A stretch of DNA of 63,608 nt, the filler included, from Octopus bimaculoides (Eukaryota), in the NCBI RefSeq assembly GCF_001194135.2. It is 7 parts of 6 records of this genome, joined end to end, with 100 filler letters (N's around TTAATTAATTAA, not from the genome) between each part and the next. Parts side by side here need not be neighbours in the genome. Positions count along the whole stretch, not along the records: positions 12,693 to 39,800 come from NC_068991.1; 6 more parts are not named here. One strand, written 5' to 3'. Below the pieces are notes generated by a model that had not been told where the DNA came from, did no database searches, and saw nothing but the letters and a program-made list of their open reading frames with translations. The position numbers were made by a program, and so were the translations under genes. Below, in pieces: positions 13,561 to 27,030 of this stretch (position 1 is the stretch's first letter; every line of letters begins with the position of its first letter).

Positions 13561-14469
13561 TTGCCTTTCCGTTTTTCAGGGTTGGTAAAAATAAAGTAGC
13601 AGTCAAATATTGTGGTCGATGCGATGGACATACCTCTCTTTCAATATTGCTAGCCTTCTGCAAAATTTATTAATAATTATTATATCGTGGTATACTACAA
13701 TCTACTCACGAATAACCTAATTCTATTTATCTCAATACAATATACTACTTATCCTTTGATTGCTTTTAGTCATTGGTATAAGTCCAATATACAGCACCAC
13801 TTCAACTTGTATATTTAACGATATTGACTCCAGTACTTCACTAGTATTTGTACCAGTCTATGCTGTTTTACTACACTATGGATGCAATGTTTTTTTCTGA
13901 AGTATATTAGCAATATAACTGTAGTAAAATTGATTCGGTTAGGAATTACATCTGGTGTTTACCTGTCGTTAGATACCTCCTACTGCTCCGCTGCGGCACT
14001 CATTCGTCAAAGACAATGGAATTTTGACACAAATTTGATCGTTTGATAATGCCATTCTTCAAAGTAATCCAGTAATAAAATATTATGATCGTATCACCAA
14101 TAACAACATTCACCAGATGGCAGACGCCGATCTATTAATTGACGTCATATATATACTTTACGGACCAGTGGATATGTTTGAAATGTTTCCTAGCGTGAGA
14201 TCCAAATAGAAAGCACCGAGAGGCTGTTAACTGTAAAGTCTATGATAACAGCTAAAGAAGGACGATTAACCAACATTCTGTTTGGATAATAAACATTACA
14301 CAGCGTGTTACTATTTTTTGCTACTTTATACACGGTGAAACCATTGGACGTAGTCTATAAAGATGTTGAACAAGCAATTATATTGATGATATTATATGGT
14401 TTTCAGTTCCAGTAAGATATTTAAATACTTCTATCTTTCTCTGTCTATGTGTATGTACATACGATTGAA

Positions 14470-14531
<62 letters not shown>

Positions 14532-14534
14532 CAT

Positions 14535-14583
<49 letters not shown>

Positions 14584-14637
14584 CACATACATATATACGT
14601 TCACACACACACACACATATGTATGTATGTATGTATG

Positions 14638-14745
<108 letters not shown>

Positions 14746-14770
14746 AATAATATGACAACAAAAGAATGAA

Positions 14771-14897
14771 TGAGACCTCGATATTATGTAAATAGAGGAA
14801 TTTATCTATAATATAATACGTGACAATTAGTCGGTTGCCATAATAAAACTCAGAGTTTCGGATGTCGGGGCGGAAGTATGCTCCGGCATCTTGTCTG
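14771..14897 (-). ncRNA. Degenerate hammerhead-like element (core partly lost)
   Basis: Minus strand ..AAGATGCCGG-loop-CCGACATC-CGAAAC-TCT-GAG-TT; stem II, GAAAC and stem III present, CUG of the core absent. Confidence 0.3.
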
Positions 14898-15022
14898 TTA
14901 TTAAGACAAACAAAAATGCTATGAAAATGACCGTTGAATGAAGGCAAATTACTATGAAGATGACCATTATTAAGACAAATAAAAGAGCTATGAGAATGAC
15001 CGTTAAATAAAGGGAAATTACC
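14898..15022. repeat. Two-copy degenerate tandem repeat, 69-bp period
   Basis: ttattaagacaaa..gctatga.aatgaccgtt.aat.aagg.aaattac at 14898 and 14967. Confidence 0.8.
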
Positions 15023-15544
15023 CGAATAGGGTGAAAGTAAATATAATCGAAGGTAAACTCACGCTCATAGAATACGCGTATGCGCACATGTACATACATA
15101 CACGTGCATGCACGCACACCCACGTGCATGTACATATATGCATATGCTCACTCACAGTCGTGTGAAACACATACATGCACACCTACACATACACCTATAT
15201 GTATACATATATATGCATCCATACACATGCACACACGCACATACACGTATATATGCCCATACGCACACAATTATGTTCATATACACGTCTCTATACGCAC
15301 ATGCGCAAATATGCAGGGTGAAAGGCAATGCACAGAAAAAATATATAAAAATATATATAGGAATAAAATATATAAAACTTATATCTAAAAATATGTAAAA
15401 ATATAAAAATATTTACGTAAGAAATAAAATACTTGTACGTGGATACGATATAAAAAGCAGGTTCTATCTGTGATCTTGCGGGGACCAAAAACGTAGAAAA
15501 AATATTTTGCCATACGTGGACATGATCCAAAAACTTCAGTTCTT

Positions 15545-16885
15545 GAATTTAGACATGTAGCGAGGTCTAAGCTGCTTTTCCAGATGAGTCATCTTTCCAT
15601 ATCACAAAGAGCACTTTCCACTGCCGTTGGTGTAAGGCTTACACTTGGCTTAAGATCTTCCAATAGATGTTATAGTTGACACCTTTTTCTTTTAAGGACC
15701 ATATATAACTGGATAATTTGGTTGTTATTTCTTTTTCCTCAGTGTCTGAAGCTCAAGGTGTGATTGTTGAACCTAGCTTTGAAATTCCCCTCTGTGAGAC
15801 CCACATATTTCTTTGACAAAACTATGTCCTTAGTGGTTGTAGAATCTACGGTGGCTTCATAAATGATGGTCTCAGGCATGCAAGCTCCATTTAGCGGGCA
15901 TAAAGTTTTATCCCAGCATGAACGGCTGGTTTCCTTTTGTTGTTTTTGCATGTTGTGTGCAATTATATTTTTGAAATTAGTAGTTGAGCTAAAATTAATT
16001 TTTAGGTTATACCTATTGAAGAGCTTTCTATAACTATGATTGATTGGAAAATGCCTACCTGTGATAAGAAATATTTACCTATATTAAAGGTCACTTCGGG
16101 GGCGTAAGCGGGTGTGAACCAGATAATTTTCCTTTCCCTATGGTTCCTTTTCTTTATTACTGGACTGGTAACAGGTGTATTTCCTCGCTAAATCCACTAT
16201 CTTTTAGAGCTTTATTATATATTGGGACAACACTATTAAAAATGTTTCTGTCGGAGGAGAGGCTAGAAATTCTCTTCCTAATGTTTTTAATTAAATTCTC
16301 AAACACTATGGGGGGGGGGCAGGAACCTACATTAATATAACTAAGTCTATCGTTGAGCTTCCTATAAGGTTTGTAAATCTTATTTAAATTTAAGGATACA
16401 TCTAGGAAATTGACAATCGTCAGGTTGGTATCTGTACTCGTGTGAGACCGAAAGTTTTCATCATCTGGATAATGTCCTTCATAAACCGATCTTGTGCTGG
16501 TCCATTGGTATTTGCTAAAGCTACGGCATCATCTTTGTAAATGGCGATGTCTTGCCAAACCTATCAAATAGAAATAGTCCAATGAGATTGCATGTGCCTG
16601 CTCCTTCATATGACCCCATGCTCACATCGAAAGTACCCTCTGTATCGGTATTCTTGACCCACTCTGCATTCTTACTGAAGAGCAAAGTCTTTCTAGCATG
16701 GAAAATTATGTCCTTATCTTATGTACTAATTCCGGAGGGCTTTATCTAGCACTTCCTTGGAGATAGAGGCATAGAAATCAACAATATCGAATTGAGTAAA
16801 TTTTGCTTTATTCTTATTCCTAATGGCTTTAAACCAGTCAACGACTTCTATACTACTAGACCATTGTACTAACCTTCGAAGCGTG
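15545..16885 (-). mobile_element. Penelope-like element, second lineage: RT core plus GIY-YIG, decayed
   Basis: QWSSSIEVVDWFKAI..KFTQFDIVDFYASIS..KDIIFHARKTLLF..FDVSMGSYEGA..IYKDDA..NFLDVSLNL..KPYRK..IIWFTPAY..CPLNGAC..IIYEA..KKYVGLTEGNFKARFNNHTLSFRH. Confidence 0.9.
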
Positions 16886-17012
16886 TGACGAGTAGAAATT
16901 GTGCAATATAAATGTTGCTTGTTGTAGTCATAAATTTGATAAAGTTACGTATGAGATTTTCTCTAAATCTGTCTAACGTGCTCAGTACCGCATGATATTA
17001 TTGTTAAACCAT

Positions 17013-17043
<31 letters not shown>

Positions 17044-17094
17044 TATGCATGGATATACGACTTTGCGTTTGTGTCTGTATGTGTATGTGTATGA

Positions 17095-17405
17095 AAATAC
17101 ATGGCTTTGGACTCGGACAAGGTGTTTGACTCGTAATCATAAAGTCGTGGCTTTTATTCCAAAGCTGGAGGTTTATGCATTATCACCTTGAGCGAGCCAC
17201 TTCATTTTCCATGGCTCCTGTATACTCAAATGAAAATCACTATTTGTCAACTACTGATGTTGCCCCCCCTCTCTCTCTCTGCGGCTATCACATTCTCGAT
17301 GTTTCGCTGGATCAAATGTAGAAGGGCTGATAAGGTGATAATGTCCGTTCGCTACTCAGTTGGCACCTGAAAGACTGAGCAAAAACAAATCCTCCCAAAT
17401 TATAC
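17095..17405 (+). mobile_element. Old SINE, family C-related
   Basis: Degenerate head and ccttgagcgagccacttcattttccatggctcc core. Confidence 0.5.
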
Positions 17406-17481
17406 TCGCTTGCGAGTAACGCCTATGATTTTTAACACACACAAACGTACATTTGTGTGTGTTCAAACATGCACACATAAA

Positions 17482-17528
<47 letters not shown>

Positions 17529-18147
17529 AAATGTTTTCTATTCATGCAAGTCCACTTCAAATCCTGTGGGTGTTATAACTCAGAATGTTTTAACTGACAA
17601 TTATGTAGTAGTACAAACTATTATTTTATTTCTGCCACCCCGTCGTATATTTTCGTTCAGTTATTAATTACGGTGATGAACAAATTATAGAGGCATATGT
17701 GAGTTAATGAGTTAATAGGTGGCCTGATATATTTGCTTGTAAAGTTTGTCCACATTAGTGGCCGCGTTCTAGGCTTTTGAATTATCTTCTCCTAGCAACT
17801 GAACAAACTTCAAGTGATGCATCTTGTGATGTGTTGACGTCGGGCGTTGTGTCGAATGTATAGACATACTGACAAACACACACACAAACACATGCACGGA
17901 CACACACACACTCACACTCTGCGCGCACAAGTAGATACACAAAAATACGCATACACATGCCACGCATACACATGCACACACATACACATATACACACACG
18001 TATAGCGTGTATAGTAGATGTGTGTATGTGTGAGTGTGTGTGTGTGTGTGTTCAGAGAAAGAGGGAGATATGTGAAGAGGTGGAAAGAAATATAACATGA
18101 TGAAGAGAATAAAACTCAAGTTTGTTATACAAATACACACTAAGAGA

Positions 18148-18189
<42 letters not shown>

Positions 18190-19175
18190 AAGAGGAGAGA
18201 GAGAGAGAAACTAAGCGAGAGGTGATTGAGTAAACTACGTGTCACCCATTGCCCTTCGATATACACTAATTAATTGATAATATTAAATAGATAGAAATAT
18301 TTGTCTTAACTGAATTTTATGTTTCATTTAAGTATCTATAAATATTGTTCGTTGATTTAGACGCAAACGTATATATATATTCAGAAACAGAGGGAACATA
18401 GAGAAAAAGTCTGAAACTGGTGGAGCTAAATGTCAACGAGGAGGGCTTTAGTAACGTCTGTGGTGTGGATTGACTTCAAGCACAAATAAAAAGCTAATTT
18501 GTTCATTTTTTATATCTACTACGACCAAGAGTTTCATTCGTGAACTAGTATGAAAACAATTCGTACAGGAATATCAAAAAAAAGGTACTAGTGTGATATT
18601 TTTGGAACAATTCGTTACTAAAGATTTTAAGAAAAGCCGCTTTTTGTTTAATCCATTGTTGCTATTCCAACTCTTGCTGTTGATGCCACTGTCGCACTTG
18701 GTCAGCCTCTATATAAAGTACATTAATAGTATAGAAATACTATATTTACATCTGTAACACAGTGAAAATGAATAATACTAACAGTTATTTCAGTTCGTCT
18801 CTTTTATACACTGTTGTTGTTGTGTGCATGAGTGTGTGCGCGTAGGTGTGTATAAGAATATACTTCTAATATTATTATTAGTAACCAGCATATGATCAAC
18901 AGCTTTTAAGGTGAAAATTATAAATACAATTATAAATAAGGGCAAAAAGAAAAAATTTTCTTTGCCAATATGACGAAAAATAGACGCTAAAACGTCTAAC
19001 TACATAAAATATTTTCACAATATTATAATAATATATAACTGAAAATATTTTATGTGGTTAGACGATGTAGCTATTTTTCAGTATATTGGTATAGAAAGTC
19101 TTTTCTTCTTGNNNNNNNNNNNNNNNNNNNNNNNNNNNNNNNNNNNNNNNNNNNNNNNNNNNNNNNNNNNNNNNN

Positions 19176-19390
19176 TATAGTCAGAGTAACGTCCAAAATG
19201 AACCAGGATCACTTGATTCGAGCATGTAGATGATTTAGATCTCATATAGAGGCAGTTGTTGAAGCTGAAGGTGGCTTTATTGAATAACATTATAGAAAAG
19301 AAGGTTTATTTTTATCCTCATAGCATTTTTGATAAAGTTATTATCTGTTACTATATATGTTTTTTTTTATAAGCATAAATCTGTCCTCAA
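19176..19390 (+). mobile_element. Tc1/mariner transposase C-terminus and 3' end
   Basis: MNQDHLIRAC..FRSHIEAVVEAEGGFIE* (stop at 19285-19287), a typical Tc1-type ending. Confidence 0.7.
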
Positions 19391-20284
19391 ATATCGCACG
19401 CACTCTGTACATACATATATATCGAAAAATTATCTAATGTCTTACTCCAACAGCTGTTTCAAGAAACCAAGAGTAGATCGGTGTGGAAATCCGCCACCTT
19501 TGAGATTGCTAGAAAATGTAAGTATCGAATGATGAGGTGGGTTTAAATCTTCTGCAAATGTAAATTACAATATATCATTGCACATTATGTAAAATCATTA
19601 CAATCTTTCTTAAATTTTTTTCTCTTGCTCTTCTCATATTACTCCCACTCCCTGACCCCATCGATTAATCTTCCAATGCATCTTTGTCTATAGTTTCTGA
19701 TACTCTCAACCACGACTACTTTGAACAGCCGCGGTATAACTGGAATTTTCCCTTGGCATGTTACAAGCTTTTTCATCATCAATTCTGTTCTTTACATATT
19801 GTCGTTATTTGGGTGTTCTTCATGTTATCTTGCCTTGTAACTACCACCTGTATCACACTATTTTGTCCGATTCCACTCTTCTCTTTAAATCTTTATATTT
19901 GTAAGCAATACTGGGTGACTCATACGTGCCAATACTCTATTAAAAGGAAACGCTTCACATACACTAAAACTTCATCTGGACATGTTGCTGATCTAATATC
20001 TATGACATTATGTATATATCAGCAGGGAATTATGTTCATTATATAACTCTTGAGCTTTTGAAACAGCTGTCGAGAAACGATATTACATAATTACATATAT
20101 ATATTTTTCTTTATTGTAAAATTTGTATTTTGTGCTCTATAAAAATATATATATATCAAGCCTAACTGTGTTTATCTATTTCACTACCCCTCTCTTTCTC
20201 TCCCTCCCTCCCTCTCTCCCTCTCTCCCTCTCTTTCCCTCCTTCTCTTTGTATAACTCAATGTGCATACACAGATACAAATGTA

Positions 20285-20460
20285 AATTTACTTTACTTGT
20301 TTCAGTCATATGACTGCGGCCATTTTGGGGCACTGCCTCGAAGGGTTGAAGTAAAAAAAAAATGACCCTAGGACTTCTATTTAAAGCTGGGTTGTGATGC
20401 CGAAAACACCAATATTGGTTGTCAAGTGGTGGTGGAGGAGAAATACAGACAGACAGACAG
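20285..20460 (-). mobile_element. SINE family A 3' tail
   Basis: tttacttgtttcagtcatatgactgcggcc. Confidence 0.75.
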
Positions 20461-21111
20461 ACAGNNNNNNNNNNNNNNNNNNNNNNNNNNNNNNNNNNNN
20501 NNNNNNNNNNNNNNNNNNNNNNNNNNNNNNNNNNNNNNNNNNNNNNNNNNNNNNNNNNNNNNNNNNNNNNNNNNNNNNNNNNNNNNNNNNNNNNNNNNNN
20601 NNNNNNNNNNNNNNNNNNNNNNNNNNNNNNNNNNNNNNNNNNNNNNNNNNNNNNNNNNNNNNNNNNNNNNNNNNNNNNNNNNNNNNNNNNNNNNNNNNNN
20701 NNNNNNNNNNNNNNNNNNNNNNNNNNNNNNNNNNNNNNNNNNNNNNNNNNNNNNNNNNNNNNNNNNNNNNNNNNNNNNNNNNNNNNNNNNNNNNNNNNNN
20801 NNNNNNNNNNNNNNNNNNNNNNNNNNNNNNNNNNNNNNNNNNNNNNNNNNNNNNNNNNNNNNNNNNNNNNNNNNNNNNNNNNNNNNNNNNNNNNNNNNNN
20901 NNNNNNNNNNNNNNNNNNNNNNNNNNNNNNNNNNNNNNNNNNNNNNNNNNNNNNNNNNNNNNNNNNNNNNNNNNNNNNNNNNNNNNNNNNNNNNNNNNNN
21001 NNNNNNNNNNNNNNNNNNNNNNNNNNNNNNNNNNNNNNNNNNNNNNNNNNNNNNNNNNNNNNNNNNNNNNNNNNNNNNNNNNNNNNNNNNNNNNNNNNNN
21101 NNNNNNNNNNN

Positions 21112-21358
21112 ACTGCTGTACTCATTCACCACCACAACTTTCTCTCACTCCTTTTTCCTGTTTCTGTTGTACCTGTATTTCAAATGGCCAGCCTTGTCAC
21201 ACTCTGTGTCACGCTGAATATCCCCGAGAACTACGTTAAGGGTACACATGTCTGTGGAGTGCTCAGCCACTTGCACTTTAATTTCACGAGCAGGCTGTTC
21301 CGTTGATCAGATCAACTGGAACCCTCGTCGTCGTAACTGACGGAGTGCCAACAACAAC
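21112..21358 (+). mobile_element. SINE family D 3' part
   Basis: ggccagccttgtcacactctgtgtcacgctgaat..gtctgtggagtgctcagccacttgcac; homologous to 59153-59350 (+) and 62830-62960 (-). Confidence 0.8.
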
Positions 21359-21365
21359 AGGAGCG

Positions 21366-21822
21366 ACGATAGAATATGTACTACGTTTACAAAGAATAAG
21401 TCCTGGGGTCGATTTGCTCGACTAAAAGCGGTGCTCCAGCATGACCGCAGTCAAATGACTGAAACAAAAAAAAATATAAATTTATATATACATAGGTGCA
21501 GGAGTGACTGTGTGGTAAGTGGCTTGTTTACGAACCACATGGTTCTGGGTTCAGTTCCACTGCGTGGCATCTTGGCGGGGGGTCGGGGTCTTCTGCTATA
21601 TCCTCGGGCTGACCAAAGCCATGTGGGTGAATTTGGTAGACGGAAACACACAAATTATATATACATATGTATGCGCGTGTGTTTGTGTGTCTGTATTTGT
21701 CCCCCCAGCATCGCTTGAGAACTGATGCTGGTGTGTTTAAGTCCTTGTAACTTCACAGTTCTGCATAAGACACCGATAGAATAGGTACTAGGCTTACAAA
21801 GAATAAGTCTTGGGGTCGATTT
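21366..21822 (+). mobile_element. Two adjacent SINE family A copies (a 3' tail, then a head plus body)
   Basis: Tail 21366-21478, then tRNA-like head from about 21493 through the body to 21822. Confidence 0.8.
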
Positions 21823-21878
21823 TCCCTATAAATATATATGTATGTATATATATGTGTGTGTATATATATATGTGTGTG

Positions 21879-21911
<33 letters not shown>

Positions 21912-22344
21912 TAGGGAGAGAGAGGGGAAAAGAGAAGACGAAAAGATACTGAGGCAGAATCGTGTCGTAATTTTGCATGTGTGTCAACGTGCGTGTTTTG
22001 AGCGTATGTCAAAACACTTTGGGACAGTTAGCATTAAACTCTTGCTTATGTATGCACAAATATATACTCTGCAATAGACATCTTGTTGTGCAAACGTCAT
22101 ATTGTCATTTTACTAAAACTATTATTATTATCCTCATCATCATCACCATCCTCTCTAGACTCCTGCCCTTTTTCCTTCACTTATATTATGTGACTCATCT
22201 TGATGACTGATAACATTATTGAATGTGAACTCGCCATCACGCACCGTCATTATTTGTTTACAGAGGAAGGAAATCAACTTTTCATCGTTTGATTTTATAG
22301 CTGTTTTATTCCTTGTTGATATTTCATTACGGTGTATTAGACGT

Positions 22345-22444
<100 letters not shown>

Positions 22445-23135
22445 GCAGACAAAAACGTCTACAAACGCATGCACACACGTATGTTTATGCTTATGTGTAT
22501 AGATATGTTTATACCTAAACACATATATATACATAGAAAAGCATTTACACACACACACACACATATGTATATATGTGTGTGTGTGTGTAGACAGATACAT
22601 ATATGTATAGCCATGTGTGAATATATACGTATATAGCTGTTATTATGGTAGTATGTGTAATTGTATTGGAAGGAATATAATGCAATATGTACATATTGCA
22701 TTATATTACAACTCGTTACTGTTGTTCTTCATCATTATTTTTGTCATTGCTTTCTTTACCATAATTCAGATGTCTCGCAATCTTAAGCATCAATCTCAAA
22801 ACGTATGAATGCTGAAATGTATGGGTATGTTTTGTACTGATCTATGTTTGTAAAAAATGATTTTATAAATGAGTTTCTATCCATCTATCAATTCTTTTAG
22901 GTGTATGTATATACTGTATGTATGTATGTGAGTGTTGTGCTTGTGTGTTTGGTGTTTCCAAGTGTATGTGTGTATGTGTGTGTGTGTGGTTTTATGTTCG
23001 TATACATGTTTGTAAGACTGTATATATGTGTGTATACATAGATACATACGCATATATTTACGCATACACATGTTTGTATATTATATATAATCTATCTGTC
23101 GAGTTATCTATCATCTGTCTATCAACCTATCGATC

Positions 23136-23183
<48 letters not shown>

Positions 23184-23194
23184 TAATATATATG

Positions 23195-23230
<36 letters not shown>

Positions 23231-23233
<3 letters not shown>

Positions 23234-23706
23234 AACCAAGCACACTCACGCAAAACTGTATGTGTGTATATATATATATACACACATAGTTTTCCGTGAG
23301 TGTGCTTGGTTCTATTTATATATGTATGTAGGAATATGTCCATGTATATGTGTATGTATGTGTATGTTGTGTTCGTATGCATGTGGGTGTATAAAAAAAT
23401 CTCCCTTCNNNNNNNNNNNNNNNNNNNNNNNNNNNNNNNNNNNNNNNNNNNNNNNNNNNNNNNNNNNNNNNNNNNNNNNNNNNNNNNNNNNNNNNNNNNN
23501 NNNNNNTATATATATATATATATATATATTGAACCAAGCACACTCACGCAAAACTGTATGTGTGTATATATATATATACACACATAGTTTTCCGTGAGTG
23601 TGCTTGGTTCTATTTATATATGTATGTAGGAATATGTCCATGTATATGTGTATGTATGTGTATGTTGTGTTCGTATGCATGTGGGTGTATAAAAAAATCT
23701 CCCTTC
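23231..23706. repeat. Identical 178-bp direct repeat flanking an N gap (probable assembly overlap)
   Basis: 23231-23408 reads identical to 23529-23706. Confidence 0.85.
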
Positions 23707-24644
23707 CGGAACATACCAAACTGAATTTAATTTAACTGTTGTAACACTTTCTTTTTTATATGTATTTTCGTATAGGTCCCATCTAATTTCTATTGAAAAG
23801 TATATTTATCAATGTATTATGAAAGTGTCAATAATTTCGCGGTCTCATCTTTTGGATGAAGTGATATCATCTTGCGTTGCTGCATTGTATTTATTGGTGA
23901 CTGTAACAGGAATAAACAGAAATTACCAAACGAATTTCAAATTTTGTCCGTTGGTTTTATACGTCATCTTTGTGGTTAATAGAAAATGTTTCTGTGCATA
24001 TTTCATCATTATGCTGTGATTGCAATATTTCTATCGTTGTTTGATGTTATAAGGGATTATGTGTAGAAAGCACGTGTTCTTTACTCGTATAAGCTATGTT
24101 CCTGCAAGGAATTGCGATGCTCAACTTAGCACAGCACAAGCATATAACGAAATATATTGGTAAAGAATACATATATAAATTCTGCACTGAAATATTCACA
24201 AAATGGACGATTAATGATGGAAGCAAGAGCCATAGCTGGGCAAATGATAGAATATATACACGGATAATGTACAGTTGTTACTCTAAATATGAACACACAT
24301 CTATTGACGAATATATATAGATATATACATATCTACATAAATACATACGTACATATACTTATACATATACATACTTACAAATATACACACTTATACATCT
24401 AAATAGTCATACGTATTCTTATATTTGTCTGCATGTTTCAACCATTGGAGTATCACCTTGAGGGATTTTAATCGAACAAGTCGATCCCAGGACTTGCTTT
24501 TGAAGTCGATACTTATTCAGTCTCTTTTGCTGAACGGCTAAGCTACATAACGAATCCTTGAGAGTGAGCGTACTTTACCAGTAAGCTACCAGGTATAAAC
24601 CATTCGTTTTATTAGCTAATAATTTATATTTATATATGGTATGT

Positions 24645-24679
<35 letters not shown>

Positions 24680-25544
24680 NNNNNNNNNNNNNNNNNNNNN
24701 NNNNNNNNNNNNNNNNNNNNNNNNNNNNNNNNNNNNNNNNNNNNNNNNNNNNNNNNNNNNNNNNNNNNNNNNNNNNNNNNNNNNNNNNNNNNNNNNNNNN
24801 NNNNNNNNNNNNNNNNNNNNNNNNNNNNNNNNNNNNNNNNNNNNNNNNNNNNNNNNNNNNNNNNNNNNNNNNNNNNNNNNNNNNNNNNNNNNNNNNNNNN
24901 NNNNNNNNNNNNNNNNNNNNNNNNNNNNNNNNNNNNNNNNNNNNNNNNNNNNNNNNNNNNNNNNNNNNNNNNNNNNNNNNNNNNNNNNNNNNNNNNNNNN
25001 NNNNNNNNNNNNNNNNNNNNNNNNNNNNNNNNNNNNNNNNNNNNNNNNNNNNNNNNNNNNNNNNNNNNNNNNNNNNNNNNNNNNNNNNNNNNNNNNNNNN
25101 NNNNNNNNNNNNNNNNNNNNNNNNNNNNNNNNNNNNNNNNNNNNNNNNNNNNNNNNNNNNNNNNNNNNNNNNNNNNNNNNNNNNNNNNNNNNNNNNNNNN
25201 NNNNNNNNNNNNNNNNNNNNNNNNNNNNNNNNNNNNNNNNNNNNNNNNNNNNNNNNNNNNNNNNNNNNNNNNNNNNNNNNNNNNNNNNNNNNNNNNNNNN
25301 NNNNNNNNNNNNNNNNNNNNNNNNNNNNNNNNNNNNNNNNNNNNNNNNNNNNNNNNNNNNNNNNNNNNNNNNNNNNNNNNNNNNNNNNNNNNNNNNNNNN
25401 NNNNNNNNNNNNNNNNNNNNNNNNNNNNNNNNNNNNNNNNNNNNNNNNNNNNNNNNNNNNNNNNNNNNNNNNNNNNNNNNNNNNNNNNNNNNNNNNNNNN
25501 NNNNNNNNNNNNNNNNNNNNNNNNNNNNNNNNNNNNNNNNATAT

Positions 25545-25790
25545 ATATATAAGGAGAATTCACAAAAAAATATCAACAAACGAAGACAGGTGCTGTAGAA
25601 AGCAAACAGATGTATTAGTGTAACGCTCAGGAATTGAAAAAAGTTTTTAACATTTCGAGCCTACGCTCTTCCACAGAAAGGAATACAGAAAGAAACAAGG
25701 TGAGAAACAAGGAGAGAAAAAAAATGTGTGTAGTGTTTAGCGATCTATCATGGCGAATCGATGATTTAGATGAATAATATAACGCAAGCA
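25545..25790 (-). mobile_element. Short element with variant hammerhead motif (25645-25680)
   Basis: Minus strand CTTT-CTGTGGA-A-GAGC-GTAG-GCTC-GAAAT-GTT-AAA; homologous to 29345-29505. Confidence 0.55.
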
Positions 25791-26733
25791 GTTGTGAGCA
25801 TGGGAGGGCGACATAGCTAGATAGATCGATAGATAGTTAGACTGAGACAGATAGAATAAAGAAAAACTGAGAGACAAGGTTTGTGTGTACGTGTGTGCGA
25901 GCGCGTGTGCGAGCGCGTGTGCATGTGTATGTCATACACAAACACACACATACATACACTTACGTATGTATATATGTGAGTGAGTGTGTGCGAGTGAGTG
26001 TGTGTGTGTGCATGCGTATCGGTATGAAAAATATACAAACAAGCGGTGAAATTGAAATATGACGAAAGATGAAAATAATCGAGACAAATACAAGAAATAT
26101 CGGTCACATTAACGATTAAATAAATAATCAAATCAAGATGTTTATTACAATGATAATTAGTCAAACAGATTAACTATCTACTACTGCAGGTGAAGTATAA
26201 CACTAACCACTGGACTCAGCGGGCAACTGGTTCTTTACATTTTGGGGATCAGCATCTGACGGAAGTGCTCTATTAAAGAGTTCCGGTTGCAAGGTGTCCA
26301 TAACGGATGTTTTTATACCGTGCTGTAATAATAATAAAAATAATAATGNNNNNNNNNNNNNNNNNNNNNNNNNNNNNNNNNNNNNNNNNNNNNNNNNNNN
26401 NNNNNNNNNNNNNNNNNNNNNNNNNNNNNNNNNNNNNNNNNNNNNNNNNNNNNNNNNNNNNNNNNNNNNNNNNNNNNNNNNNNNNNNNNNNNNNNNNNNN
26501 NNNNNNNNNNNNNNNNNNNNNNNNNNNNNNNNNNNNNNNNNNNNNNNNNNNNNNNNNNNNNNNNNNNNNNNNNNNNNNNNNNNNNNNNNNNNNNNNNNNN
26601 NNNNNNNNNNNNNNNNNNNNNNNNNNNNNNNNNNNNNNNNNNNNNNNNNNNNNNNNNNNNNNNNNNNNNNNNNNNNNNNNNNNNNNNNNNNNNNNNNNNN
26701 NNNNNNNNNNNNNNNNNNNNNNNNNNNNNNNNN

Positions 26734-27030
26734 CGAGTAACCCATCCCGCTCAAAAGGTCCCTGAATGAGGTTTGTTTAAGGATGTTGAGCAAAACACCC
26801 ATGTTTCCAAAGGTGAATTATTTAAACCCCAAAGAATTCCTCTCAACACATGGCTATGATGCTCCCCCACTACTTCTGCTCATGATCAGAGATGCACATA
26901 TCGTCAGCCACCAAGGGACATGGTCAACTGGTTAAGGTCAAACAACTGACAAGCAAATCTGTGGTATTAAGTAGAATATTTGCTGTAGCCCATCTTTTTA
27001 TACCAAGACAAAAGAATGTACATGATAACA
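26734..27030 (-). mobile_element. Unclassified interspersed repeat (SINE or LINE end)
   Basis: Complex block richer in GC than its microsatellite flanks, non-coding; family not identifiable from the window alone. Confidence 0.35.

Noticed and set aside
21366-21822. Apparent circularly permuted SINE (tail placed before head, ~50 bp redundancy)
   Set aside because: The redundant segments differ at several positions, which fits two independent truncated insertions
23231-23706. Identical 178-bp tandem duplication
   Set aside because: The first copy ends exactly at an N gap and the copies read identical; best explained as an unmerged contig overlap
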